64,000 bases of DNA from assembly GCA_002315855.1 (NCBI GenBank), contig DCIG01000084.1, positions 43,390 to 107,389 on the forward strand, in the 5' to 3' direction. The translations under genes and the position numbers were made by a program. This document shows positions 10,659-20,594 of this stretch, one piece after another. How positions within the stretch are numbered: the stretch's first letter is position 1; the number at the start of each line of letters is the position of its first letter. The notes under the pieces are model-generated. The model was not told where the DNA came from. It was given only the letters and a program-made list of their open reading frames with translations, and searched no databases. The stretch comes from Lentisphaeria bacterium UBA1732 (GTDB lineage: Bacteria; Verrucomicrobiota; Lentisphaeria; Victivallales; UBA1829).

Positions 10659-10821
10659 ACTGATTTCTTTTTTCCTTGTGATAAAGCGGAGTGGATTCAG
10701 GAGCTTTGAAAACAGTGTTTAATGCCGCATTGCTTTGAGCGAAAGTCAACATGATCGGGGATAAAATTTTTACATGAATGCCAGATTTTTCTTGATTTTT
10801 TTCTGTTTTGCTGTATAGTAA

Positions 10822-12102
10822 ATGAGACAAAACGTCGCAACTGTTGAATTTATTTCATACGGAAATAAACGAAAGAGTCAGAATTTCAACAATGGCTCAC
10901 GAGGCATTTTTATGAATCCCAAGAAAATCAAGGAACGTGTCATTGGTCGAATCAATGAACTGGATTCGGTCAACTTGCATAATTTTGTGCAGATGCTGTC
11001 CAAAGAGCATGGCTTTCTGGATTCCCTGTTCAACAGCATCCACGAAGCTGTTCTTCTGGTTTCAGCCAGCCATACCATCCTGTATCACAATGCCGCCGCA
11101 AAAAAAATGCTGGGACTGCCCGACAATTTCCAGACCATTCAGGTTGAACGGCTCCTGCCCGGAATGAACTGGAATCTTCTGCTCAATCACGCCGATACGG
11201 GACGCAACCGCACCATGCGGCAGGAGCTTGAGCTGAACTACCCGAAACGCCGTATTGTGGATATGTATGCGCTACCTGTGGAGCGGGTCGATGCGCCTTA
11301 TGCTTTGATTCTCAATGATATTACCGATACGCTTGACCGGGCCGAGGGCGAGGCGGAACAGGAACGCGGCAAAATTGTTTCGATGCTGGCGGCCGAGGTG
11401 GCGCATGAAATCGGGAATCCCTTGAACAGCCTGTATCTGCATCTTCAGTTTCTCCAGCGGGAAATGAAGCGGGATGACTTTGACAAAGAGGAAGTGATCG
11501 ACGAACTCCAATCTGCGCGCAGCGAGGTGGAACGTCTGGATTCGATTATCAATCAGTTTCTGAAGGCTCTTCGTCCGGGGAAACCGGTTTTTGAGCCGGT
11601 CGATTTGAAAGCCATCGTATTGGAGTCCCTGAAATTCATGCAGCGAGAAATCGAAGACCGTAAAATACAGCTTGGTTTTTACTGGGAGGAGAATGTACCG
11701 CGCATTGACGGCGATTCGAACCAGCTGAAGCAGGCATTCTACAATCTCGTCAAAAATGCCATGCAGGCAATGACCAGCGGCGGTGAACTGAAAATTCACT
11801 GCACGGCAGACGATTCCTTCGTCATGCTGTCCGTGTCGGACAGCGGCTGCGGCATCAACCGCGAGAATATGCAGAAAATATTCAATCCGTTCTTCACCAC
11901 CAAAACGAAGGGGACGGGGTTAGGGCTGATGATTGTGGAGCGCATCATCCGCGATCACGGCGGCAGTCTGACCATCGACAGCCGCGAAAATGAGGGAACC
12001 ACGTTTATCATCAGTCTCCCGCGCCGCTATCGCTTTGTACGCGGCTTGCCTCCGCCTGAGGATAATCCCGCAATCACTTCTGCTGAGGACGAAACAAAAT
12101 GA
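10822..12102 (+). CDS. Soluble PAS-domain sensor histidine kinase (NtrB-like)
   Basis: H-box EVAHEIGNPLNSL. N/G boxes (NLVKNAMQA, DSGCGI, GTGLGLMIVERII). No TM segment. Alternative start at ATG 10912. Confidence 0.88.
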   Translation: MRQNVATVEFISYGNKRKSQNFNNGSRGIFMNPKKIKERVIGRINELDSVNLHNFVQMLSKEHGFLDSLFNSIHEAVLLVSASHTILYHNAAAKKMLGLPDNFQTIQVERLLPGMNWNLLLNHADTGRNRTMRQELELNYPKRRIVDMYALPVERVDAPYALILNDITDTLDRAEGEAEQERGKIVSMLAAEVAHEIGNPLNSLYLHLQFLQREMKRDDFDKEEVIDELQSARSEVERLDSIINQFLKALRPGKPVFEPVDLKAIVLESLKFMQREIEDRKIQLGFYWEENVPRIDGDSNQLKQAFYNLVKNAMQAMTSGGELKIHCTADDSFVMLSVSDSGCGINRENMQKIFNPFFTTKTKGTGLGLMIVERIIRDHGGSLTIDSRENEGTTFIISLPRRYRFVRGLPPPEDNPAITSAEDETK

Positions 12103-13475
12103 CCATAAACAACAAAAAAAATCAGGAAAAACCATCCCTGCTGATTGTCGATGACGAACGCGGCGTTCGCGATACCATGACGAAATTTCTGCGTTCCGAC
12201 TACAATGTTACTGTGGCGGAAGACGGGCAGATCGGTTTGAATCTGCTCGACCGCTATCAATATGACGTTGTCCTGACCGACATCCGTATGCCGGGTGCAG
12301 GCGGCTTTGATATTCTGAAGAAAACATTGAGTTTGCCCGATCCGCCCCCCTGCATTCTTTTCACGGCTTACGGGTCGATTGAGACGGCCGTGGAGGCAAT
12401 GCGCAGCGGGGCATTTGATTTCGTAACAAAACCGGTCGATTTCGATCAGCTGGAACTCCGTTTGAAACGCGCGCTGGAGAATCGCCGCATCGTACAGGAA
12501 AATAAAGAGCTGAAACGGCAGCTGAAAGACATCCGCAAGGCACCCTCCATCCTTGGGGAATCTCCGGCCATACGCAGGATTATGGAGACAGTGGAGCAGG
12601 TCGCCTCCACGCGTGCCAGTGTCCTGATCGAGGGTGAAAGCGGGACGGGAAAGGAGCTTGTCGCCCGTGCCATTCACGAATACAGCGGACGGCAAGGGGA
12701 TTTTGTTGCGGTTCATTGTGCCGCACTGCCGGAGTCATTGTTTGAAAGCGAACTTTTCGGGCATGAGGCCGGAGCCTTTACCGGAGCCGTGGAACGCAGG
12801 AAGGGACGTTTTGAGCTGGCAGACGGGGGAACGCTCTTTCTTGATGAAATCGGCGAAGTTCCTCCGTCCATTCAGGTAAAACTTCTTCGCGTGCTGGAAA
12901 CCCGATCTTTTGAGCGAGTGGGCGGTGCCGAGACACTGAATGCGGATGTCCGTATTGTTTCCGCCACCAACCGGAATCTGGAAGAAATGGCTGCCGCAGG
13001 CACATTCCGCGAGGATTTGTATTACCGCCTGAATGTCGTGCGCATCCAGATGCCTCCGCTGCGTGAACGTCCCGGCGATATTCCGATTCTTGTGCGCTAT
13101 TTTCTTTCGACCTTTGCCGCCGAGAACGGCAAAGAGAATATGACAATCACCGAACCCGCCATGGCTGCACTTTGTGCCGCCCGCTGGCCCGGCAACATCC
13201 GCGAACTCCGCAATTGTGTGGAGAATATGGTCGTTCTGAGCCGCACCGGAGAAATCGGGCTGGAAAATGTGCCGGGAAATGTCCGCGAAGTTTCCAATCC
13301 GGGCATTGTCAAAAATATGCTGTCTTCTCCCTCATGCGATTTGGAGAGCAACGAACGCGTTCTGATTGAACGGGCACTGAATGAATGCGGCGGCAACCGC
13401 AGCCGTGCAGCGGAAAAACTTGGCATCAGCCGCCGCACTCTGCACCGGAAACTGAATCTTTATCACATCCAATAG
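12099..13475 (+). CDS. Sigma-54-dependent response regulator (NtrC family)
   Basis: Receiver domain. AAA+ Walker [15 protein letters not shown] loop (EAGAFTGA). C-terminal Fis-type HTH. 4-bp overlap with the kinase gene. Confidence 0.95.
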   Translation: MTINNKKNQEKPSLLIVDDERGVRDTMTKFLRSDYNVTVAEDGQIGLNLLDRYQYDVVLTDIRMPGAGGFDILKKTLSLPDPPPCILFTAYGSIETAVEAMRSGAFDFVTKPVDFDQLELRLKRALENRRIVQENKELKRQLKDIRKAPSILGESPAIRRIMETVEQVASTRASVLIEGESGTGKELVARAIHEYSGRQGDFVAVHCAALPESLFESELFGHEAGAFTGAVERRKGRFELADGGTLFLDEIGEVPPSIQVKLLRVLETRSFERVGGAETLNADVRIVSATNRNLEEMAAAGTFREDLYYRLNVVRIQMPPLRERPGDIPILVRYFLSTFAAENGKENMTITEPAMAALCAARWPGNIRELRNCVENMVVLSRTGEIGLENVPGNVREVSNPGIVKNMLSSPSCDLESNERVLIERALNECGGNRSRAAEKLGISRRTLHRKLNLYHIQ

Positions 13476-13545
13476 AAGCTGAGTTCAAACGCGGCTGTGC
13501 CGTTTCCTTTGATTCAGCTGTCTCAACAAACAGGAGAAGCACACT

Positions 13546-14055
13546 ATGAAAAATTGTCTTTTCTGCAAAATCATCGCCGGCGAAGTCCCCTCCGCCAAAC
13601 TCTATGAAGACGACCTCGTCTACGCATTTTTGGACTTGTTCCCCATCAATTACGGTCATGTACTGGTTATTCCCAAGGAACATCACACCAGTGCGGCGAC
13701 TATCCCCGAAGCCACGGCAGGACGCATGTTTCTGGTCGCTGCCCGTGTCGGTGCGGCAATGCGTCATGCTCTGGATGCAGACGGTTTCAATTTCCATCTT
13801 TCCGATGGCACGACAGCCGGTCAAGTTGTAATGCACGCTCATTTGCACGTCATTCCGCGCTGGAGTGATGACAATTTCCATTGGAACTGGCGTCAGCTGA
13901 AGTATGACCCCATGTCGAAACAGGCGGAATACTGTGAAAAGCTGAAAGCGCGTTTCAAACTTGAACGCGATGCAGCGGAACTTGCCTTGAATGAGGAAGA
14001 ATGCGATCCTGAATACAAATCACCCCTCGGCAAAGAAGAAAATCACGGCGGCTGA
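13546..14055 (+). CDS. HIT-family (histidine triad) hydrolase
   Basis: Histidine triad HAHLHVIPR. CLFCKI N-terminus. Extra ~50-aa acidic C-terminal tail. Confidence 0.9.
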   Translation: MKNCLFCKIIAGEVPSAKLYEDDLVYAFLDLFPINYGHVLVIPKEHHTSAATIPEATAGRMFLVAARVGAAMRHALDADGFNFHLSDGTTAGQVVMHAHLHVIPRWSDDNFHWNWRQLKYDPMSKQAEYCEKLKARFKLERDAAELALNEEECDPEYKSPLGKEENHGG

Positions 14056-14108
14056 TTTTTCAGGGGCTTCATATCAATAACAGAGATATGATTCGCCTTT
14101 TTTCATGC

Positions 14109-14150
14109 AAAACGGACCTGAATTTCATAAGAATCCAAGTCCGTTTTTTT
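14109..14150. terminator. Bidirectional terminator-like hairpin (copy 1)
   Basis: AAAACGGAC...GTCCGTTTTTTT. A-run and T-run flank the stem. Sits between convergent genes. Confidence 0.6.
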
Positions 14151-14169
14151 GTCTCTGTTTCTGAAAAGC

Positions 14170-14207
14170 AAAACGGACCCGGGTGATTCAATCCGAGTCC
14201 GTTTTTT
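14170..14207. terminator. Bidirectional terminator-like hairpin (copy 2, same stem sequence)
   Basis: AAAACGGAC...GTCCGTTTTTT. The same 9-nt arms as copy 1 with a different loop. Confidence 0.6.
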
Positions 14208-14227
14208 CGGGGTGTCTGCCTGCCGTA

Positions 14228-15304
14228 TTACTGCTTCGGCATCAGAATCTGCGGAACAGGTACCTGAACTTTTTCTTCCTGATAGAAGTTCATATATTGA
14301 GCAAATACCAGATAGGTCAGGGCAATGACGGCAATCAGCGTCAGGCAGAAGCAAACAAGGAAGAACGCATTCGGTTCATCCGACTTGGTAACTTTGCTGA
14401 CCTTCGGCAATTTCGCTTTCTTACCGGCATCATTCTTAATCGGCTTGGCATCGGGAGCGGCTTTAACCGGAGCTGCTTCGGGAGCTTTTTCTGCTGCTTC
14501 GGGAGCTTTTTCTGTTTCCGCCGCGGCAGGTTCAGCCGTTTCTTCCGGCTTTTGTTCTCCCGGAGCTTCCTTCGGAATATTCAGTCCGGGAATCCCGTGA
14601 AATTCTTCCTGCCTGGGGTCTTTCTTCTTAATCATGATGCGGCTGTGCGTGCCGGCATCTTCTGCTGTGCCGTTTTCTTCGGGCTTCTTGACCTGAATGG
14701 TCGGAGAAGAAGGTTCGGGTTTCTTAATCTGAATCGTCTGCGCAGAGGGATTCGGTTTATTAATCTGAATGGTCGGGGAGGAGGATTCCGGCTTCTTGAT
14801 CTGAATGGTCGGAGAGGAGGATTCAGGTTTCTTGATCTGGATGGTCGGAGAGGAGGATTCAGGTTTCTTGATTTGGATGGTCGGTGCAGAGGATTCCTGC
14901 GGAACACCTGTTTCCGTCTGTTCGTTTTTCTGTGCCGCTGCGGAAGATACCGGAGGACGGAGTCGGATGGTCTGCTTCACACCCGGAATATGGGATGATG
15001 CCGGAGCGGAAATCGGAATTGCAGAAGCCTTTTCCGCTTCTTCTGCTGACGGAGCAGGTTCTGCGGGGGGAGGTGTCATTGTCTTCAACTTAATCGTGCC
15101 CATTGTGGATGGCTTCACGGCATCGCCTGCCGCGGCTTCCGCATTGGGAGACGCAATCGGTTTCAGCTTAATGGTTCCCATCGAAGCGGGTTTCACCGCT
15201 TCGGGTGCAGCCGGAGCGGCTTCAGGACGTGTAATCGGTTTCAGCTTGAGAGTCGGTTTCTGAGTAGCTTCTGCCGCTTCGTTCGATGTATTCATGTCGG
15301 TCAT
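14228..15304 (-). CDS. Tail-anchored repeat protein (about ten TI(K/Q)(L/I)K(K)P motifs, C-terminal TM helix)
   Basis: ORF on the minus strand. I prefer the ATG at 15304, preceded by AAGGAA. Carries PTIQIKKPESSS tandem units and the C-terminal hydrophobic segment FFLVCFCLTLIAVIALTYLVF. Confidence 0.7.
   Translation of the reverse strand: MTDMNTSNEAAEATQKPTLKLKPITRPEAAPAAPEAVKPASMGTIKLKPIASPNAEAAAGDAVKPSTMGTIKLKTMTPPPAEPAPSAEEAEKASAIPISAPASSHIPGVKQTIRLRPPVSSAAAQKNEQTETGVPQESSAPTIQIKKPESSSPTIQIKKPESSSPTIQIKKPESSSPTIQINKPNPSAQTIQIKKPEPSSPTIQVKKPEENGTAEDAGTHSRIMIKKKDPRQEEFHGIPGLNIPKEAPGEQKPEETAEPAAAETEKAPEAAEKAPEAAPVKAAPDAKPIKNDAGKKAKLPKVSKVTKSDEPNAFFLVCFCLTLIAVIALTYLVFAQYMNFYQEEKVQVPVPQILMPKQ
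14686..14901. repeat. 36-bp tandem repeat, 6 copies, inside the repeat-protein gene
   Basis: The unit cttgatctgaatggtcgg... recurs at 14686, 14722, 14758, 14794, 14830 and 14866. Confidence 0.9.
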
Positions 15305-15725
15305 GACATCGTTCCTTCTATGGATCGTAGGTTCAACTGAAAGACTGCGGAAGAATCGCATTCAATCAGCCATTTGTTTACATATTTTTACAAATATACC
15401 ACAATATAAAAGGAAAGGCAAATCGAAAAAGCGTTTTTTCTTGAAAAAAGACGAAAAAAACATGATTTCAGCAATTTTGATGCACCTGCCATAATGAAGA
15501 TGAGGCATTTTGATGAGGAAAAGATTGAAAAAAACAAACTCTGTGTTATATTACGATTGGAGTACCGGGTTATTGTTTCATAAATTAATATGATTCTGCT
15601 TTCCCCGTTTTGCAAAGATACGAAACATGCTTGGTTTTTCAGTTTCATTTTTGAGAGCTGACAATGTCTTTTGAAATCAGCTCTTGAGAATATTGGAATC
15701 CATCACAACCTAAAGGATTAAAACA

Positions 15726-17069
15726 ATGTTTTTTTCAAAACTGCTTCAAAGTGAAGATACTGCGGATTGGATCAAACAGACTTTTTCCAGTTTTTCTTCC
15801 TATCCCTATCTTGTCGATATTATCGTCCTTTTGCTGGCATTTGCAATCGGAGCGGTTCTTTCACTGCTGCTCTTTTTCCTGCTGCACCGCATTCTGCTGA
15901 GGTTCTATCGCCGGCACTGTGAAATGAGTCCTGAACTTTTGCAGTGCATCCGCAAAATGATTTTTTCATTTGTGAGCTGTCTGCCGATTCTTTCGGTCGT
16001 GTATAATGTATGGGTTGACGGTGTTCACGAGTGGATTGTGATCCTGATTCTGAAACTGATGGAGGGAATGCTGATTTTTTGTCTGACGCTGGCTCTGACT
16101 TATGGCATACGGTCATTCGGTTTGTGGTACAAACAGCAGAAGAACTCAGAACAGCGTCCTATAGACGGCTTACTGACGATTTCCATCTTATTCGTATGGG
16201 CAGGAGCCATCATTGTATTTGTTTCTTTCATGCTGAACAGAAGCCCGATTTATCTTCTTTCCGGGCTGGGAGCAATTGCAGGCATCCTGCTTCTGCTTTG
16301 CCAGCAAACCCTCCTTTCTCTGGTTGCCAGTGTTCAAGTGAATGCCGATCATCTGGTCGAAATCGGCGACTGGATTTCGATGGAGTCCAACTGTGTTGAC
16401 GGAGTGGTTGAAGAGATCACACTGCATACCGTGAAGGTCCGCAACTGGGATATGACGCTGGTCTGTCTGCCTGTCTGCGATTTGGTCAACAAGCCTTTCG
16501 TCAATTATACTGCAATGGAGAAAAAAGGCGGTCGACGCATTAAAACTTCTATCTTGATCGATCAGCGAAGCATCCGTTTCCTGAACAAGAAAGAGGTTGG
16601 TACGCTCAAAGGCTTTGACATTTTGAAAAAATATCTTGACGGAAAGGAGGAGGAAATCACCAATTATAACAGCGGACGCTCGCAGTTCAATACCCGGCAC
16701 CTGACCAATCTGGGCACATTTCGCATTTATGCACAGTATTTTCTGTCGCACAATCCGAATATTCGTACCGATTTGCCGCTGGTAGTTCGTGAACTTGAGC
16801 CATCCAGCTCCGGTGTTCCGCTGGAAATCTATTGTTTTACCAAGGAGACTTCGTGGATTCCCTATGAGAAAGTTCAATCGGACATTATGGAACATTTGCT
16901 GGCCGTACTGCCGAATTTCCGCTTGCGCGTATTCCAGTATTGCAGCGATATTCAGCAAAAAATCGGGAATCAGGTTGATGTCGTGGGCGGTGCGTTCCGT
17001 TTCGACCAATTAATCAGCCCTGATGTGAATGAGTCGTCTGCGGGCGGTTTCGTTGCGTCGGGGCAATGA
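15726..17069 (+). CDS. Mechanosensitive ion channel (MscS family)
   Basis: N-terminal TM helices. MscS beta-domain signature VEIGDWISMESNCVDGVVEEITLHTVKVRNWD. Confidence 0.88.
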   Translation: MFFSKLLQSEDTADWIKQTFSSFSSYPYLVDIIVLLLAFAIGAVLSLLLFFLLHRILLRFYRRHCEMSPELLQCIRKMIFSFVSCLPILSVVYNVWVDGVHEWIVILILKLMEGMLIFCLTLALTYGIRSFGLWYKQQKNSEQRPIDGLLTISILFVWAGAIIVFVSFMLNRSPIYLLSGLGAIAGILLLLCQQTLLSLVASVQVNADHLVEIGDWISMESNCVDGVVEEITLHTVKVRNWDMTLVCLPVCDLVNKPFVNYTAMEKKGGRRIKTSILIDQRSIRFLNKKEVGTLKGFDILKKYLDGKEEEITNYNSGRSQFNTRHLTNLGTFRIYAQYFLSHNPNIRTDLPLVVRELEPSSSGVPLEIYCFTKETSWIPYEKVQSDIMEHLLAVLPNFRLRVFQYCSDIQQKIGNQVDVVGGAFRFDQLISPDVNESSAGGFVASGQ

Positions 17070-17253
17070 GTTACAGGCTTCTCTCTCCATTGCCTCTTTA
17101 TGCCTGTGCAAAAGTCCGGTTTTCGTACTTTCCCGAAGGGGACGGAGGTTTGATGACATCTCTTCGGAGATATGGGGGACTTGTTTTTCCGTCAGCCGCG
17201 TGTCAATGGAGATTCTTTGAGATGGAAAAAAACTCTCTTTCTTCATTTTCGCC

Positions 17254-17282
17254 TTGACTTTTTCCTTATTCAGCTGTATTTT
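17254..17282 (+). promoter_or_regulatory. Candidate sigma-70 promoter for the ABC-transporter cluster
   Basis: TTGACT, then a 17-nt spacer, then TATTTT, about 50 nt upstream of the GTG start at 17332. Confidence 0.35.
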
Positions 17283-17331
17283 TATTAAAATAAACTAATT
17301 TCAAAACTGAAAAACAACAGGAGGAACCCCC

Positions 17332-17913
17332 GTGAAACATCTGCGAACTTTATCTGCCGTCTGCATCGGTCTTTTTCTTTTTTTCAATGCGGCTTCAGCT
17401 CATGCGCAGTGGGTTGACAAACTTACGCTTTACGTTCCGAACCGCGTCCTTGATTTGATGGATGCCTTTACACTGAATATCGGTCTCGGTCCCACGGCTC
17501 ATGCCGAACTTCGCGCAACGCGAGCTGTTCAAATCGGCGGCGGCGTTTCATGGACGTTCCGCGGCGAAAAAGATTTTAACCGCCAGTATGGTTTTGCGCT
17601 TCAGAACGGAGCATTCGGCTATCTTTCACCCCTCGTTTACGAAGATTTGGATCGTCGTCCCGCCTATCTGCTTGCCAAGGATTTCTGGCTGAAAACCGAT
17701 GGTATCCTTGACCCGAAAGACCCTGTCTATGACCCGCACACGGGAGCAATTGACTTCTGGGAAATCGGCGGGTCTCTCGGTGCCGCCGTCATTGAGGCGG
17801 ATGTCTCCATTCACCCCATCGAAATCGCGGATGCGCTTCTGGGATTTTTCTTCATTGACCTTCGCGGCGATGATCTGACCTTTGAAAGTTTCACTACCTC
17901 AAAATCCAAGTAA
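17332..17913 (+). CDS. Secreted hypothetical protein
   Basis: GTG start 8 nt after AGGAGG. Signal peptide ending ASAHA-QW. No family recognised. Confidence 0.65.
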   Translation: MKHLRTLSAVCIGLFLFFNAASAHAQWVDKLTLYVPNRVLDLMDAFTLNIGLGPTAHAELRATRAVQIGGGVSWTFRGEKDFNRQYGFALQNGAFGYLSPLVYEDLDRRPAYLLAKDFWLKTDGILDPKDPVYDPHTGAIDFWEIGGSLGAAVIEADVSIHPIEIADALLGFFFIDLRGDDLTFESFTTSKSK

Positions 17914-17919
17914 TTTCCC

Positions 17920-19005
17920 ATGTCCATGCTTGAGGTCAGAAACGTTTCCAAGCGTTATGGAAACGGACCCGTCGTTTTGGATTCCATCAACCTGAATGTA
18001 GAAGCCGGTGAGCTTGTCTTCCTGCTTGGCTCATCGGGCTGCGGCAAATCCACACTTCTGCGCATTGTTTCGGGGCTGATTCTCCCTGATTCAGGCACTG
18101 TTATTTTGGACGGGCGCGATATTACTTCGCTTCCTCCGGAACGCAGGAATACCCCCATGGTATTCCAGAATTACGCTCTTTGGCCTCATTTGAATGTTTT
18201 TGATAATGTGGCGTTCGGATTGAAAGCCCGCAAACTTCCCGCTTCCGAAATCCGCAAAACCGTTGAGGAAATGCTCGAAGTTACCGGCATGTCCGAGTTC
18301 GCGAAACGCAAGGTCAATGACCTTTCCGGAGGACAGCAGCAGCGAGTTGCTCTTGCCCGTGCATTGGCTCTGCGCGGTTCCATTCTCCTTCTGGACGAGC
18401 CGCTTTCCAACCTTGATGCGGGACTCCGCGACCGAATGCGCCTGGAAATCCGCCGCATCTGCCGCGAGCGTTCTCTGACCGCACTTTACGTAACCCATGA
18501 CCGCCGCGAAGCGCTGAGTATCGGCGACCGAATTGCCATCATGCGTTCCGGCCGAATCCTCCGGTATGGTTCGCCGCGTGATTTATACCGCCGTCCTGCC
18601 TGCCGTTTTTCTGCATCTTTCCTCGGCGATGCCGGATTTATCCCTGCGGAATGTATGTCTGCAGACGGCGTAACCGCCCGTTTTACCTCTGCCATCGGCG
18701 AATTTACGGTTGAACTTGCCTCTCAGCCCATTGCGCCCGAAGCCGGACACAAATACGATCTTCTGTTCCGTCCGGAAGCGGTCGAAATCGGCGTGCCTGT
18801 CCGGTCCTCAAATTCCTTCATCTGCACGATTGCGGACAGTGTTTTCCTCGGTGAAATCACCTGCTACGTGCTGAAATGCGGCGATTTCACGCTTCATGCC
18901 AATGAAACGCTTGCCCCCGACCGAGTTCCCGACACACCCTGCCTTTGCCGGATTGCCCCCTCGCACCTGACGATTCTGCCTCAGGAAGATTCATTGATTT
19001 CATAA
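17920..19005 (+). CDS. ABC transporter ATP-binding protein (FbpC/PotA-type importer ATPase)
   Basis: Walker A GSSGCGKST. Signature LSGGQQQRVALARA. Walker B LLLDEP. C-terminal TOBE-like domain. Confidence 0.93.
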   Translation: MSMLEVRNVSKRYGNGPVVLDSINLNVEAGELVFLLGSSGCGKSTLLRIVSGLILPDSGTVILDGRDITSLPPERRNTPMVFQNYALWPHLNVFDNVAFGLKARKLPASEIRKTVEEMLEVTGMSEFAKRKVNDLSGGQQQRVALARALALRGSILLLDEPLSNLDAGLRDRMRLEIRRICRERSLTALYVTHDRREALSIGDRIAIMRSGRILRYGSPRDLYRRPACRFSASFLGDAGFIPAECMSADGVTARFTSAIGEFTVELASQPIAPEAGHKYDLLFRPEAVEIGVPVRSSNSFICTIADSVFLGEITCYVLKCGDFTLHANETLAPDRVPDTPCLCRIAPSHLTILPQEDSLIS

Positions 19006-19013
19006 AGCCTCTT

Positions 19014-20594
19014 ATGATGCGTATTCGTCTGATTGCCGTCTTTCTGATTCCATTGATACTTGTTGCTTTTCCGTTTCTGATGCGACCTGAAGAAGCCGTA
19101 CATGAACCTGCCTCGGAAACACTTGTCATCATCACGCCTAATTCCGCTCAAATCAAGTATGAATTTGAACATGCGTTCCGCAGGCATTACAAAGCCAAAA
19201 CAGGACATGATATATCCATTGACTGGCGCAGTCCCGGCGGGTCCAGCGACATTGTTCGGTACATTGACGACAGTTTCACCGTAGCATTCAACCGCTATGC
19301 GGAAGACCACGGCATCGCTTGGGATGACAATGTTCACAAGACGTTCAAAAACAAGAATCTGAAACATGGTGAAAATGAAATTCGCGACCTTTTCCTCGAC
19401 TCCGCTATCGGAATCGGGATTGACCTGTTTTTCGGGGGAGGGACGTATGATCAGTCGAATTTCGCGAAAATCGGCTATGCCGTGGATGCCCATGTGAAGG
19501 ACCGCCATCCCGAATATTTCACCGATGAGGTCATTCCCATGACCTTCGGCGGTGAACAGCTCTACGACGAAAACGGCGGATATTACGGGTATTGTCTGGC
19601 GTCTTTCGGTATTGCTTACAACCCGGAGCGCATCCGGGAAATGAATCTCGCGCCGCCGAAAAACTGGACAGACCTGACTTCGCCCGCATACTACGGCACA
19701 CTGTCGCTTTCCGACCCCACGAAATCCGGGTCCATTACGAAATGCTATGAGATGATTATTCAGCAGGCGATGCAGGAGCACGGTCCTGAAAAAGGCTGGG
19801 CGGAAGGCTTCCGGCGCATCAAACTCATGACCGCCAATGCGCGTACCATTACCGACAGTGCCAGCAAAATTGTATCCGATGTTTCTTCCGGTGAGGCAGC
19901 GGCGGGCATGTGCATTGACTTTTACGGGCTGAGCGAAGCCGAATGGACGCTGATGACTTCGGGCAAAAAAAGACTGATTTATCAGATGCCGCAGGGCGGG
20001 TCCGGTGTTTCCGCCGATCCCATCCAGCTTCTGCGCGGTGCGCCGAATCGCAAGGCCGCCGAAGAATTTATTGATTTCCTCCTGTCTCCGGAAGGCTCTG
20101 CACTGTGGCTGCTGAAAGCCGGGGTGCCGGGAGGTCCCGTGAAATATGCCCAGCTTCGCCCCTCGATACGCAAGGATTTACCTGCGAAACTTGATCCTGC
20201 CCAAATGAGTTTCCCCGATTACCGTCCCTACGAGGAAATCGGCGGTTTCGTGTATCATGGCGAATGGACGGGTCGATATTTCACATTAATCCGCGTTCTG
20301 ATCAAGTGTGCCGTCCTTGACCCCGCCGATGAACTTCGTGCCGCATGGCAATCCATTTTAGCGCATGGCGGACCGGAGGCAAATCAGGATGCCATGAATG
20401 CACTTCTTGAGCTGCCTGTCCCGTATGAAAAGGCGGCAGAGGGGGCATCTGCGCTGGCAGGTTCTGCGGTCGAGGCTACCACAACCAGACGGATATGGAC
20501 GGAAAACGCGTGGCAAAGTTACCGCCGCATTCGGGAACAGCTTGATGCTTCTGACGATTTGCCGGCGTCCGTTCAGGGAGGTTCTCGTCCATGA
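19014..20594 (+). CDS. ABC transporter periplasmic substrate-binding protein
   Basis: I prefer the ATG at 19014 (MMRIRLIAVFLIPL, signal/anchor). Sits between the ATPase and the permease. Substrate unknown. Confidence 0.8.
   Translation: MMRIRLIAVFLIPLILVAFPFLMRPEEAVHEPASETLVIITPNSAQIKYEFEHAFRRHYKAKTGHDISIDWRSPGGSSDIVRYIDDSFTVAFNRYAEDHGIAWDDNVHKTFKNKNLKHGENEIRDLFLDSAIGIGIDLFFGGGTYDQSNFAKIGYAVDAHVKDRHPEYFTDEVIPMTFGGEQLYDENGGYYGYCLASFGIAYNPERIREMNLAPPKNWTDLTSPAYYGTLSLSDPTKSGSITKCYEMIIQQAMQEHGPEKGWAEGFRRIKLMTANARTITDSASKIVSDVSSGEAAAGMCIDFYGLSEAEWTLMTSGKKRLIYQMPQGGSGVSADPIQLLRGAPNRKAAEEFIDFLLSPEGSALWLLKAGVPGGPVKYAQLRPSIRKDLPAKLDPAQMSFPDYRPYEEIGGFVYHGEWTGRYFTLIRVLIKCAVLDPADELRAAWQSILAHGGPEANQDAMNALLELPVPYEKAAEGASALAGSAVEATTTRRIWTENAWQSYRRIREQLDASDDLPASVQGGSRP

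Noticed and set aside
14183-14998. 271-aa plus-strand ORF overlapping the repeat-protein gene
   Set aside because: It is the antisense reading of the 36-bp repeat array (Arg/Gly/Phe-rich). It begins inside the terminator region. The minus-strand ORF has an RBS, a TM anchor and a coherent repeat motif.
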